Assembly: GCA_004563595.2 (NCBI GenBank)
Contig: CP042461.1
Coordinates: 1,230,001-1,262,000 of the forward strand
Direction of reading: 5' to 3'
Length of the DNA: 32,000 bases
From: Candidatus Saccharimonadota bacterium
Lineage (GTDB): Bacteria > Patescibacteriota > Gracilibacteria > BD1-5 > UBA6164
The number at the start of each line of letters is the position of its first letter. Position 1 is the first letter of the stretch. Position numbers and translations under genes: made by a program. Of this stretch, positions 11,361 through 26,788 are shown piece by piece. A model generated the notes under the pieces. The model had not been told where the DNA came from and searched no databases. It was given only the letters and a program-made list of their open reading frames with translations.

Positions 11361-11530
11361 GTATCCGCTTTTAAGGTCAGTCAAAATGTTTGTATTCCTT
11401 AATCGGAATAGTATTTTGAGAAGCCTATTATTCTTCAGAAAGAATGAACCCTCATCCGAATAATCACCGAGAACCTCTCACGTGCTTATTTAAGTGTAAG
11501 GAAAATTAAATTGACCTGCCACCTGTAAAA
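11361..11530. ncRNA. Candidate structured RNA of unknown class in a 355-bp intergenic gap
   Basis: This is a GC-richer island inside an AT-rich spacer. Closing pairs are aggtca (11374-11379)/tgacct (11512-11517) and ttcctta (11395-11401)/taaggaa (11497-11503). Internal hairpins are attctt-caga-aagaat (11430-11445) and gaga-acc-tctc (11469-11479). The longest ORFs I found are 18-25 codons (plus-strand atgtttgta..., minus-strand atgagggtt...), too short and too poorly supported to call. Confidence 0.3.
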
Positions 11531-11616
11531 CAGACTCTTCTATTATAATAATTTTGAGTATTTATACAAAACTATTATACTTTTATATATAAAATATTAA
11601 TAAAAAAATATACCGA

Positions 11617-12057
11617 ATGTTTAGATATGAACTTGCCATTAAACCAGAGTTTCACTTGAATTTTGATATTATTGATAAAATATTCTCAAATATTTCAAAG
11701 ATAATACCGAAAAAACAAGAAGGAACTTTAAATATTATATTCTCAAATAATAAAGAGATTCAAAAATTAAATCATACATATAGAAATATAAACAAAGCGA
11801 CAGATGTGTTAAGCTTTCACTATTTTGAAGATTTTCAAAACCTTAAAAGTAATGATATCGCATGAGAAATAGTCCTATCAGAAGAAAAGATTATTGATCA
11901 ATGACAAGAATACTGACTCTGAGAAGAAAAGGAGTTTTATAAGCTTTTAATTCACTCAACTCTTCATATATTATGATATGATCATGAGCAAGACGATGAT
12001 TATAAGATTATGCAAGAAAAAGAAGAACAAATATGGAATAAAGTATTTGAAAAATAA
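11617..12057 (+). CDS. ybeY: Endoribonuclease YbeY (rRNA maturation factor), 146 aa
   Basis: IQKLNHTYRNINKATDVLSF and LLIHSTLHILGYDHEQDDD (the H..LH.LGYDH zinc motif). It extends track ORF 11617..11865 through TGA codons. Confidence 0.85.
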
Positions 12058-12167
12058 AAAAAAATGATAAAATAGCCTTATAATTTTTAGAAAAAAACTC
12101 TTCCATTCGAATGAAGGAAGTCCCCAAAGGGGAATGGATTATTAATAGTTAAGTCCTTTCAAAATCT

Positions 12168-12584
12168 ATGCAATACAAAATACCTGTTCAAATAGAGAAT
12201 GAGGATCCAATTATTTGACCTCTCAGCCTCAGACAACTTATCATTATTATGGTTGGATGATGAATAGCTTATTCGCTATTTAATTCACTAGCTCCAAGTA
12301 TATGAGTAGAAATTGCAGCAATTCCATCTATTTTTATAGTCTTAGTTGCTCTTATGATAGCTCTTTTTAAACATTCAGAAATGACATTTATTCCTTTTGC
12401 ACTTTCACTCACAAGGTTTCATACAAACTATAAAGAAAGAAGGTGGGTTAAATGAGTCGATAGCTTCCAACCAATAGATATATGATATATCACAAATATA
12501 GAAGGAAAAAAAGAAGAAATAATAGACTTCAAATCCAAAATGGATCAAATTAACCAACTCGAAGACAAACTTAGTAAAATTTAA
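12168..12584 (+). CDS. PrgI-family small membrane protein (T4SS-associated), 138 aa
   Basis: MQYKIPVQIENEDPIIGPLSLRQLIIIMVGGGIAYSLF matches, from memory, the PrgI-family N-terminus (y.vP..ie.eDki.gpLtlRQ). It has two TM segments followed by a charged tail. Confidence 0.6.
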
Positions 12585-12602
12585 TTTTTAAATGACCATT
12601 CA

Positions 12603-13316
12603 GTGGCTGTAAAAACAAAACAAAAAGATAACCCAGACACGTCCACCACAAGACATCTTCCCTTTTCTCAAATAAGAGAAAATATTGTGATTATGAAAGA
12701 CGATAGTGCCAGGTTAGTTCTCAAATGTAGTACGATAAATTTTTTATTAAAAAATACTGATGAACAAGATTCAATCATTATAAGTTTTCAAAGGTTCTTA
12801 AACTCCCTTGATTTCCCAATTCAAATACTTGTAAGGTCAAGAAAGCTTGATATTGATTCATATCTTGCTAAATTAAATGATAAAGCTATCAAACAAGAAA
12901 ATAGTTTATTACAAAACCAAACATATGAATATATAGAATATCTTCGCAAACTTATTGAGGTTGCTCAAATTATGAAAAAAGAATTCTACATCATAATCCC
13001 CTATGATGAAAATGAAAATAAAAGCGTAAAAGACGATTCTATAATGTGACCTTTAAAAAACTTTGTTGATAGTGTTTTTAAAAATTGAGTTGATGCTATA
13101 AAGATAAAAAGCCAAATAAGAAATTTCACAAAAATGAAGAAATGATTAGTCGGTAGATCAAATTCAATCAAAACATGACTTGAGAATATTGGAATACGCG
13201 CAAATACTATTGATAAAGCTGACCTTGTGAAATTTCTTACGGATTACTATAATCCGACTCTCAGTAACTTTGTTGCTATGAAACAAGATACTGATGATTA
13301 CAACCTACTTCCATAA
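12603..13316 (+). CDS. Stand-alone protein resembling the N-terminal (non-ATPase) domain of CPR/Firmicute VirB4/TraC-like T4SS ATPases (237 aa, GTG start)
   Basis: LPFSQIRENIVIMKDDSARLVLKCSTINFLLKNTDEQDSIIISFQRFLNSLDFPIQILVRSRKLDIDSYL...QIMKKEFYIIIPY...LVKFLTDYYNP. It ends at TAA 13314-13316 with no Walker A motif. It extends track ORF 12603..13049. Confidence 0.45.
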
Positions 13317-13321
13317 TAAAA

Positions 13322-13693
13322 ATGAAAATGAAACAGTTATGATTCCTTCTTATTGGATATGTATCTACTATACAATTCAGTTTTGCAGCTGAAAATGATT
13401 TATGAATTTTATGAAATTGAGATTGATGCCTTACACAAACGAAACTCAGAAATGGAGATATACATATAAATAATATACCCTGTCTCCTCAAATGAGCTAT
13501 AGACTTTTTTATGGGAATAGCTGGAACAATAGCAATTATTTTTGTTATTATTTGAGCATATAAAATATTATTTGGTTCACTTGAACAAGATAAAACAAAA
13601 TGAAAAGACACGATTATTATGGCTCTCACTTGATTTGCGATTGCATCTCTCAGTTGGTTTATAATAAAAATAATACTTGATAACTTTTCTTAA
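13322..13693 (+). CDS. T4SS pilin-like protein (TrbC/VirB2-like), 123 aa
   Basis: The signal-like N-terminus is MKMKQLGFLLIGYVSTIQFSFA. It is followed by two TM helices around a charged loop: AIDFFMGIAGTIAIIFVIIGAYKILFGSLEQDKTKGKDTIIMALTGFAIASLSWFII. Confidence 0.5.
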
Positions 13694-13696
13694 TAG

Positions 13697-14158
13697 ATGA
13701 CTGATATTTATTACTCTTGGAAATTTGAAGATAAAAAAAATAGATCCAGTTTATGGTATGTAATCGCGCTGTCTATTGTGATTTGACTTATTATATGGTG
13801 ATTTCTTACAAAACAATATGGGATGAGTTTTATTGTACTCCTCATAGCATGAATAACATATTTTATAGAAAATAATTCTGATGATGAAATAGAAGTTCTC
13901 ATATGAGAGCTCTGAGTCAAAATTGGGTGAAGTTTTTATGAATACTCACGTATAAATTCTTATTCAATGATTTACAATTGAGAAAATGCACTCTTGTTAA
14001 GATTAAATATGAATAAACAATGATTAAGAAATATAGACCTCATGGTAAATAATGATATTGCAACGCAACTCAATAAAATTTTGCCCTCTCTTTTAGAAGA
14101 AAACCCGAAATGAGAACTGAGCCTCAGCGAAAAGATCATCCATTTATTAAAACTTTAA
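13697..14158 (+). CDS. Hypothetical membrane protein (153 aa)
   Basis: ATG at 13697 lies 3 nt after the preceding stop. It has two N-terminal TM segments (LWYVIALSIVIGLIIWGFL and MSFIVLLIAGITYFI). The frame is open with TGA=Gly to TAA 14156-14158. Confidence 0.5.
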
Positions 14159-14174
14159 TCTTACAAAAAATATT

Positions 14175-14570
14175 ATGAAAATATTATTATCAATTTTGAT
14201 TAATGCATGAATATTGTTTTTAATGACATATTTACTCGCAGCCGATCCTAGTAAATCTATTCCCGCATGAATAGCAATCACATGATGATGGAAAACATAT
14301 CTCATATGATGAATTATACTCTGAATTATGAACGTAACAATTAGACCAGTACTCAAGATATTATCACTTCCATTTTTCTTACTCTTTTTTGGACTTGTAG
14401 TATTTGTTATCAATGGAATCATATTAAAGCTATTCGATTATATAATAAATAGTGTTCTTGTAATTCCATGAGTATCATATAGCATAAATTGAAACATTAA
14501 TTTTATAATTGCAGTTGCAATTTTTACTATTTTGAATATGTTGTATTCGTTATTATTTTCTAAAAGTTAA
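14175..14570 (+). CDS. YvlD/DUF360 ('phage holin 4_2') family membrane protein (131 aa)
   Basis: GGWKTYLIGGIILGIMNVTIRPVLKILSLPFFLLFFGLVVFVINGIILKL fits the family pattern (N...RP+l..LslPf...tlGlf.lviN). Confidence 0.6.
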
Positions 14571-14575
14571 TAAAA

Positions 14576-14794
14576 ATGTTAGAAATTTTAAAGTTTATTG
14601 AGGTTATTGTAGCTGTACTCCTTGTATTTATAGTACTAATACAAAATAAAAATGTATCCTTAAATCTTAGTAGTATGTCAGGTGGAATGTGAGAAGTAAC
14701 AAAAAGATGACCTGAAAAGATCTTACATAATGCTACTATAATTTTATGAGTAATTTTTATTGCTAACTCACTTGCATTATTTTGGTTAAGCTAA
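14576..14794 (+). CDS. secG: Preprotein translocase subunit SecG (72 aa)
   Basis: MLEILKFIEVIVAVLLVFIVLIQNKN...GGMGEVTKRGPEKILHNATIILGVIFIANSLALF has the SecG layout: two TM segments, with LIQ and a Gly-rich loop. Confidence 0.65.
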
Positions 14795-14813
14795 TACCTT
14801 TTATCGATTCTTT

Positions 14814-17018
14814 ATGATAAAAAATAGAATAATAAAATTAAAAAAATACTTATTTCTTATAAGTGTTATATTTTTTGTGACTACATTTTCTCACTTATTA
14901 TATACATATTTATATAATGATTCTGAACTGATCCCATTAAAATGAGGTACTATTTCTGAGTGACTTATAGGTGATTTTCCAAGTCTCAATCCATTGAAGC
15001 CACTTACATGAAATAATAAGTATATTATTCAACTCTTGTACAGATCTCTTTTAAGATATGATATAAAAGAAAATAAAATCACATCAGATATAGCAAGTTG
15101 TGATATCAGTGATTTGAAAAATATAGAGTGCTATTTAGAAGAAAACGTAAAATGGTCTAATGGGAATGAAATATCAAATCAAGATATTATTGCGACATAC
15201 CAATTATTGAAAAATACGAATATTAACCCTATTATATCTTCATTATTATCAGAAACTACCATAGAAGAAAAAGATAATATTATTCGATTTACAAATAAGA
15301 AAAAGGATATCAATTTTTTAAATATTTTTTTCCAACCAATTTTACCAAAAGAATTACTTGATACTCTCCCTGAAGAAAGTATCAATTGAAATTTTAGTAC
15401 TATTGATCAAATATACTCTTGAAAATTTAAAATTGTAAACGTATCAAGAGACTTCACACTTTGAATTACTAAATTTATTTTAGAAAAAAATCTTTTTTAT
15501 AACAAAAATGATATTTTAATAAATCAATTTATTATAAAGCTTTTTCCAGATACAAATAGTTTTCTTAAAAACAAAGATACGGTTAATATTTTTAATGATA
15601 AAAATAATTTAATATGAACGAGTATCCCAAGATTTGAAGCTTTCTGATACACTCTTCCACAATATGTATCCACTTTTCTTAATACTGATACGATAAAAAA
15701 TAAAACATTCAGAAGCTATATACTAAATAGTATTGATAAAAATGAGCTCCTTGATCTTCTAGGAAAAGAAAACTTTAAAGAAGTAAAAAACCCCTACCTT
15801 ACAGAAATAGAGATTTTTCAAACAAAAGAAAACTTAAATATCACAAAAACTATTAATTCTTTATGATACTATAAAAAAGCTACTCTTATAAAAAATATAA
15901 TACCATCAAAAGATGCCAAAACGTATTCAGAAGAAAGTAGTATTATACCATCAAATTCATGAAGCATAGAACATTTTCAAGAACCATCAGAAACAATTAC
16001 ATCACCAAATTATGTTGAAAAGTACAACTTTATATCAAAAGATAATATTCTATTGAAATGAAGAACTACAGATGGTGTAACTGCAGTCTATATAAATGAC
16101 TATAAACTCACAGGTTATAACGCTTGAGATACTGTATTTTACTATAAACTACTCGAATCATATAATACAATCACAGAATGAAGAAATAAATACAACATAT
16201 ACTTTGAAACCAAAAATGAAAAAAAATTCATTGAAGAAATAAACTTTCTCTACTATAAAGATCAACAGAAAACTGAAATAGAAAAGCAAAATTTCATACA
16301 AGACTTGTACCTGCAAGAAAAAGAAACAGAAATTACTAAAAAGATTAACATAGAAAGTGAGAAACCCCCGATTAATTCCGAATTGTTAGATAAGTTAAGT
16401 AAATTAAATGACAATTATTACTATAATAATAAATATAAGAAGCTCAGTTTAAAGTTATTTTATGTAGCAACTGATAAAAACTTAGAGATAACAGCAAATT
16501 ATATTAAAAAAACGTTAGAAGAAAACTGAATCTGAATTGAGCTTATTCCAGTCTCATTATCTCAATTAATTCAAACTGTATCAAATAAAGATGCGTATGA
16601 TATTATTCTTGCATGAGTTCATTTATGACACTTTAACTATAATATTTTCCCTTATTTTCATTCTAGTCAAGTAAAAAGTGGTTATAATTTTACATCTATA
16701 AGAAAAACCAGCTTAGATATTCTACTCGAAGAATTAAAATGAGATATTAATTCCGTAGGTCAAATAGAAAAAATAGAAAAAAAAGTTCTTGATATAATCA
16801 GTAATGAACAAGTCATTAGTACATTATATACACCAAAAATTAACCTATTAATTGATAAAAATATCAAAAATATACACTTACCAACGTATCTACCTCACAA
16901 ATCACTCAGGTCTAGTTTTTTAAATACAGCTTATAAGAAGGAAAAAAAGATTGTAAAATTTGAAAATAAGTCAACTATAAATTTTTTTAAATTTTTATTA
17001 GAAAAAATCAATGAGTAA
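14814..17018 (+). CDS. Membrane-anchored ABC-type solute-binding protein, family 5 (peptide/nickel type), 734 aa; orphan (no adjacent permease or ATPase)
   Basis: N-terminal TM segment LFLISVIFFVTTF. Then GGTISEGLIGDFPSLNPL...LLYRSLLRYD...IECYLEENVKWSNGNEISNQDIIATYQLLKN, the SBP_bac_5 signature region. Track ORFs 15036..15389 and 16305..16529 are in-frame fragments. Confidence 0.65.
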
Positions 17019-17922
17019 CCATGTAAAAGATAATATTATTATACCAGCGTGGAATATCGTTAAAAATGATAGTAATTTAAAAAAATTCTACCTTCTTCCA
17101 TGAATATTATCAATAATTTTTTTAAGTGCACTCCTTGTATATCAATCAATTTATACCTATGTTGAAATTATTTGAAAAAAAGAAGAAACCCTTATCATAA
17201 TTCTTAATTTCTTTCATTCTGATTACCTTTTTGAAGTAGTAATAATTGCAGTCATTTTCTTAATTTTCTACTTTTTACTATCACCTATATATGAATGATG
17301 ACTCATAAAGTATATCCAAGATAAAAATACAAAAAATGAACTAAATAATAGTGATGCTTTTCTAGTTTGACTTTATAATTTTTTTCCGTTATTCGAATAC
17401 AACAACCTCTTTAGTGAATTTAAATTTATCAGTGTACTTAATTGATACCTATTTATTGTCAGATTTGTTTGAATTGAATATATTCAAAATATTAGTTACG
17501 TATTTTTAGTTATATTCTTCTTCAGTATTATTCTTAATGTACTGTTCGCATATTCGAAATATATAATTATATTAGAAGAAAAAAAGGTATTTGAGTCCAT
17601 CTGAGAGTCATCAAAAATTGCAATGATGAATTTATCAACAACTATCAGGTTATATTTTTTAATGTTTTTTTTAAATATAAGAGTTATAATTAATTTTATA
17701 TTATTTTTAAGTTTTCCTCTTTTAGCAGTAGTACTTATATGAGTGGTAACATCAAAAATATTTTTACTGGTAGCAATAACAATATTAGTAGTCATTTTTA
17801 TAGGCCTTATCTGAGTTTTATGATACCTCACAGCTGTATTAGATATATTTAAAACATCTTTATGGTATTTTGCTTATAAAGCATGAAAAGAAAAAATGGA
17901 GAAAATAAAAGATAGCTCATAG
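17011..17922 (+). CDS. Multi-pass membrane protein, hypothetical (303 aa)
   Basis: Its ATG overlaps the upstream stop (ATGAGTAA, an 8-nt overlap). It has at least 6 hydrophobic segments. It ends at TAG 17920-17922 inside a terminator loop. Confidence 0.5.
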
Positions 17923-17932
17923 GCTATCTTTT
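17907..17932. terminator. Terminator hairpin shared by convergent genes
   Basis: aaaagatagc-tcatag-gctatctttt. It overlaps both stop codons (TAG 17920-17922 on plus, TAA 17931-17933 on minus). Confidence 0.6.
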
Positions 17933-18701
17933 ATTTAAAATTTAAAAAATGTTTTTTATAATAATTTTTAACGTATTCCAGGTTCTGAATAACTCTTTCT
18001 TCATTTCATGCTCATAATTCTGAAGGTTTAACTTTAAGCGTTATAAATCAGTTATATCAAGAAGTCTTTAACTTCATAAAAAAGCTCTCTAATGGAAGGT
18101 ATGATATTCCCCCTCATGCTCATCAAGGTAATATACCATTGTTACTCCCTCGTTTATCACTAAAAAATATATTTTTCACGCTACTTCATAATAACTTCTG
18201 TGCTTTTAAAATATCAAACCCTGATGTACTATCTATACTCGATAAATCAAGAGTTGTATCTCAAGTTACTTTCTTTATTTCAAATAATGTAGTATTTTTA
18301 TACTCTGGGATGATAAAAAACATAAATTTAGGAGCTATGTTTTGAATTGAAATAGATAAATGAGTGTCCCTCTTTACTTTAAGTAAATACTTTGTAAACC
18401 AAGTCATATTTTTATCTGAAATATGAGGTGGAGAAAAACTAATAATTTGTGTTCCTAATTTTCAAGCCATACTCACTAATTTATCTACTTTCTTTTCACT
18501 CATTCATCTTGCTGGAGCAGTAATTGATAGCACAGGGATATTAAATGAATCACTCAAAAATTTAATGTAATCTTCGTCCCAAAGGTCATGATTTGACTTA
18601 TTTAAAGCTAAATCTAATCCATCATATCATCATTTATTCGCAAAATCGAATATTCTATGCAATCAATAACCTTGTAAAGAAGAAGTAGAAAGTAATATCA
18701 C
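17931..18701 (-). CDS. Sugar phosphate isomerase/epimerase-like (xylose-isomerase-like TIM barrel) protein, 256 aa, probable GTG start
   Basis: (M)ILLSTSSLQGYGLHRIFDFANKGGYDGLDLAL...VLSITAPARG...KLGTQIISFSPPH...FFSDKRG...GYNGFITLKVKP. There is no in-frame ATG after the upstream stop, so the start is uncertain. Confidence 0.5.
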
Positions 18702-18759
18702 AGTGTTAAAATTATTAATTAAATCTACATAAATAATACCATAATATTATATAAAACAC

Positions 18760-18807
18760 AAAAAAAACATACCTAAAGTTAAATTAACTTCTTCGTATGT
18801 TTTTTTT
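18760..18807 (-). terminator. Rho-independent terminator of the rRNA/tRNA operon
   Basis: aaaaaaaacata (18760-18771) pairs with tatgtttttttt (18796-18807), with an inner aagttaa/ttaactt helix. It lies 1 nt downstream of the tRNA-Val CCA end. Confidence 0.75.
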
Positions 18808-18808
18808 A

Positions 18809-18885
18809 TGGTGGGTTATGTAGGATTCGAACCTACGACCCCCTGCTTGTAAGGCAGATGCTCTCGCCAACTGAGCTAATAACCC
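18809..18885 (-). tRNA. tRNA-Val (anticodon TAC), CCA encoded
   Basis: gggttattagctcagttggcgagagcatctgccTTACAAgcagggggtcgtaggttcgaatcctacataacccacca forms a cloverleaf. The anticodon loop is cuUACaa. Confidence 0.9.
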
Positions 18886-18889
18886 TAAA

Positions 18890-18965
18890 TGGTGCACGAG
18901 ACAGGGCTCGAACCTGTGACCTTCGCCTTAGAAGGGCGCTGCTCTTCCAACTGAGCTACTCGTGC
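18890..18965 (-). tRNA. tRNA-Arg (anticodon TCT), CCA encoded
   Basis: gcacgagtagctcagttggaagagcagcgcccTTCTAAggcgaaggtcacaggttcgagccctgtctcgtgcacca. The anticodon loop is cuUCUaa. There is one G-A mismatch at the base of the anticodon stem. Confidence 0.85.
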
Positions 18966-19008
18966 AAAAAAATTTACACTTGTCACAAAAAAAATTTGAT
19001 ATTAAAGT

Positions 19009-19123
19009 CTTGGCAGCTACTTACTCTCACACATCTACGAGATGCACTACCATCAGCACGAGTTGGCTTAACTTCTGTGTTCGGGATGGGAACAGGTGTA
19101 CCTCAACCGTTATAACTACCAAG
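19009..19123 (-). rRNA. rrf: 5S rRNA
   Basis: The reverse complement contains cctgttcccatcccgaacacagaagttaagcc. The terminal helix is cttggtag/ctgccaag. Confidence 0.9.
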
Positions 19124-19224
19124 AGCCTAATATCAAATTGTTTAATAATTGTTTATATATCTTGTTCTAATCTGAACAAATAAAGTTAGTTAATGTGATT
19201 ATAGAAATGAATAATCGTTAAGAA

Positions 19225-22162
<2,938 letters not shown>

Positions 22163-22227
22163 ACAACCAAAACTATTAATCATTTTAGTCTACTAATCAT
22201 TATTAACTAACTTTATTTATTCAGATT

Positions 22228-22240
22228 ATTTTAAAGAACA
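22228..22240 (-). promoter_or_regulatory. boxA-like antitermination element in the 16S-23S spacer
   Basis: The minus strand reads tgttctttaaaat, compared with the boxA consensus tgctctttaacaa. Confidence 0.5.
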
Positions 22241-22296
22241 AAATAAACAAAATATTAGAAGAAAAGTACTTGAAAAATTACTTTAAAGAAAAATAT

Positions 22297-23766
<1,470 letters not shown>

Positions 23767-23865
23767 TTTAACGTATTTGAGTATAACATTAATGTTACAT
23801 CTTGAAATTTTTTATCTTAGTTTTCCTATGTAAGATTTTTTTCGTTTCCTTCTAATATTCTGTTT

Positions 23866-23878
23866 ATTTTAAAGATCA
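23866..23878 (-). promoter_or_regulatory. boxA-like element in the 16S leader
   Basis: The minus strand reads tgatctttaaaat. The same core appears in the spacer copy. Confidence 0.45.
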
Positions 23879-23907
23879 ATTTTACTTCCTTTTATTTAAG
23901 TATCAGG

Positions 23908-23935
23908 ATTGTATAAAAATTTAGTTTAAAGTCAA
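23908..23935 (-). promoter_or_regulatory. rRNA promoter P3: TTGACT-N16-TACAAT
   Basis: On the plus strand, agtcaa is at 23930-23935 and attgta at 23908-23913. An A-rich stretch lies upstream on the minus strand. Confidence 0.6.
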
Positions 23936-24021
23936 AACTTTTTTTAACTTTAATTTAAAGTATTTTACATTTAGAATAAGTCTTTTATTCCGTACCATCT
24001 TTTATTTATAAAAGCAGGAGG

Positions 24022-24049
24022 ATTGTATGAGTTATTCATTTAAAGTCAA
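24022..24049 (-). promoter_or_regulatory. rRNA promoter P2: TTGACT-N16-TACAAT
   Basis: agtcaa is at 24044-24049 and attgta at 24022-24027. Confidence 0.6.
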
Positions 24050-24132
24050 AACTTTTTTTAACTTTTTTTAATGCATTTTACATTTAAATATTTTATTGCC
24101 CCGTTTACTTTTTATTTTATAAAAGCAGGAGG

Positions 24133-24160
24133 ATTCTATAAGATATTAATGTAAAGTCAA
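24133..24160 (-). promoter_or_regulatory. rRNA promoter P1: TTGACT-N16-TAGAAT
   Basis: agtcaa is at 24155-24160 and attcta at 24133-24138. Confidence 0.6.
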
Positions 24161-24201
24161 AACTTTTTTTAACTTTTTTTTATAATCCATATTTTATAAC
24201 A

Positions 24202-24277
24202 TGGTGGGCCTGGTTGGAATTGAACCAACGACCAATTGGTTATGAGCCAACTGCTCTAACCCCTGAGCTACAGGCCC
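24202..24277 (-). tRNA. tRNA with CAT anticodon; an elongator type that resembles tRNA-Ile2 (lysidine) more than Met; CCA encoded
   Basis: gggcctgtagctcaggggttagagcagttggCTCATAAccaattggtcgttggttcaattccaaccaggcccacca. A G1-C72 pair rules out an initiator. The body resembles the Ile family (gtagctcagg.ggttagagc...ggtcg.tggttcaa). Confidence 0.8.
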
Positions 24278-24295
24278 ATATTTCAGAAAGGATAA

Positions 24296-24386
24296 TGGCG
24301 GAAGGGATGGGATTCGAACCCACGGAACCTGCAATAGGTTCACTCCCTTAGCAGGGGAGCCCTTTCAACCGCTCAGGCACCCTTCC
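24296..24386 (-). tRNA. tRNA-Ser (anticodon GCT), long variable arm, CCA encoded
   Basis: ggaagggtgcctgagcggttgaaagggctcccCTGCTAAgggagtgaacctattgcaggttccgtgggttcgaatcccatcccttccgcca. Confidence 0.9.
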
Positions 24387-24414
24387 AGATTTCCAAGTTA
24401 CTTCTTAATTCAAA

Positions 24415-24504
24415 TGGCGGAGAGACAGGGATTCGAACCCTGGGAGCACAAGAGCACTCAACGGTTTTCAAGACCGTCGCCTTCGACCACTCAGCCATCT
24501 CTCC
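24415..24504 (-). tRNA. tRNA-Ser (anticodon TGA, reads UCA), long variable arm, CCA encoded
   Basis: ggagagatggctgagtggtcgaaggcgacggtCTTGAAAaccgttgagtgctcttgtgctcccagggttcgaatccctgtctctccgcca. Confidence 0.9.
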
Positions 24505-24535
24505 AATTTATATATACTCATTGCTATTTTAATAA

Positions 24536-24610
24536 TGGCTCCCCCGACTGGATTCGAACCAGTGACCAAATGATTAACAGTCATCTACTCTACCGCTGAG
24601 CTACGGAGGA
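24536..24610 (-). tRNA. tRNA-Asn (anticodon GTT), CCA encoded
   Basis: tcctccgtagctcagcggtagagtagatgaCTGTTAAtcatttggtcactggttcgaatccagtcgggggagcca. Confidence 0.88.
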
Positions 24611-24636
24611 ACATATACATTAATTTAGCGAGACAG

Positions 24637-24664
24637 ATTCTATGTTTTTTTAACTATAAGTCAA
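24637..24664 (-). promoter_or_regulatory. Promoter of the tRNA-rRNA operon: TTGACT-N16-TAGAAT
   Basis: agtcaa is at 24659-24664 and attcta at 24637-24642. The architecture matches the three rRNA promoters. Confidence 0.55.
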
Positions 24665-24732
24665 AGTTTTTTTAATACTTTTTTACATTATCCTTACATC
24701 AATAAACATAATGCCTATTGTAAGCGAAAAAT

Positions 24733-24763
24733 AAAAAGAGATCTTTAATCAGATCTCTTTTTT
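24733..24763 (-). terminator. Rho-independent terminator downstream of gyrB
   Basis: aaaaagagatct-ttaatc-agatctcttttt is a palindromic hairpin with A-run and T-run flanks. Confidence 0.75.
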
Positions 24764-24785
24764 AACATATCAATGTATAATTTTT

Positions 24786-26690
<1,905 letters not shown>

Positions 26691-26788
26691 TCACCATATA
26701 TTAAGTTTTAATTTGTCTTAGAATATAGATTTTTAGACTAAAATCAAGAAAAATGAATATTGAATCTAAAAAAAGCTTATTTTCATTC

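Larger units (their letters stand above)
23888..24190 (-). repeat. Three tandem ~111-113-bp repeats, each carrying one promoter, upstream of the 16S rRNA
   Basis: The repeated core aaagcaggaggattgtat...taaagtcaaaactttttttaact occurs at ~23900, ~24012 and ~24123. Confidence 0.8.

Noticed and set aside
11361-11530. Assigning the intergenic structured region to SRP RNA or to a cobalamin riboswitch
   Set aside because: Only short local resemblances exist: cuguuuuacaggu... to the 4.5S 5' strand, and gaccugcc to the end of the B12 box. The defining helix-8 GNRA loop with AGCA/CAGG loops and the cobalamin core motifs are not evident. It is kept only as an unclassified candidate.
14175-14570. 'Phage holin' family hit as evidence of a prophage
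   Set aside because: The YvlD/DUF360 family is widespread as a chromosomal membrane protein. The neighbours are secG and housekeeping genes, with no phage structural, lysis or integrase genes.
8991-17831. Minus-strand track ORFs 8991..9233, 13276..13629, 13711..13920, 14147..14422, 15179..15385 and 17496..17831
   Set aside because: Each is antisense to a longer plus-strand code-25 ORF with recognisable features (membrane protein, T4SS-pilin-like, YvlD family, SBP). AT-rich antisense frames stay open by chance.
18858-19183. Track ORFs 18858..19115 and 18962..19183 (+); also 24414..24599 (+)
   Set aside because: They overlap the tRNA-Arg/5S genes and the tRNA-Ser/Asn genes respectively, so they are artefacts.
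24415-24504. A tRNA with 'TGA' that might be the UGA decoder
   Set aside because: TGA is its anticodon (it reads UCA, Ser), and it has a class II long variable arm typical of tRNA-Ser. The code-25 decoder would be a tRNA-Gly with anticodon TCA, and none is present in this window.
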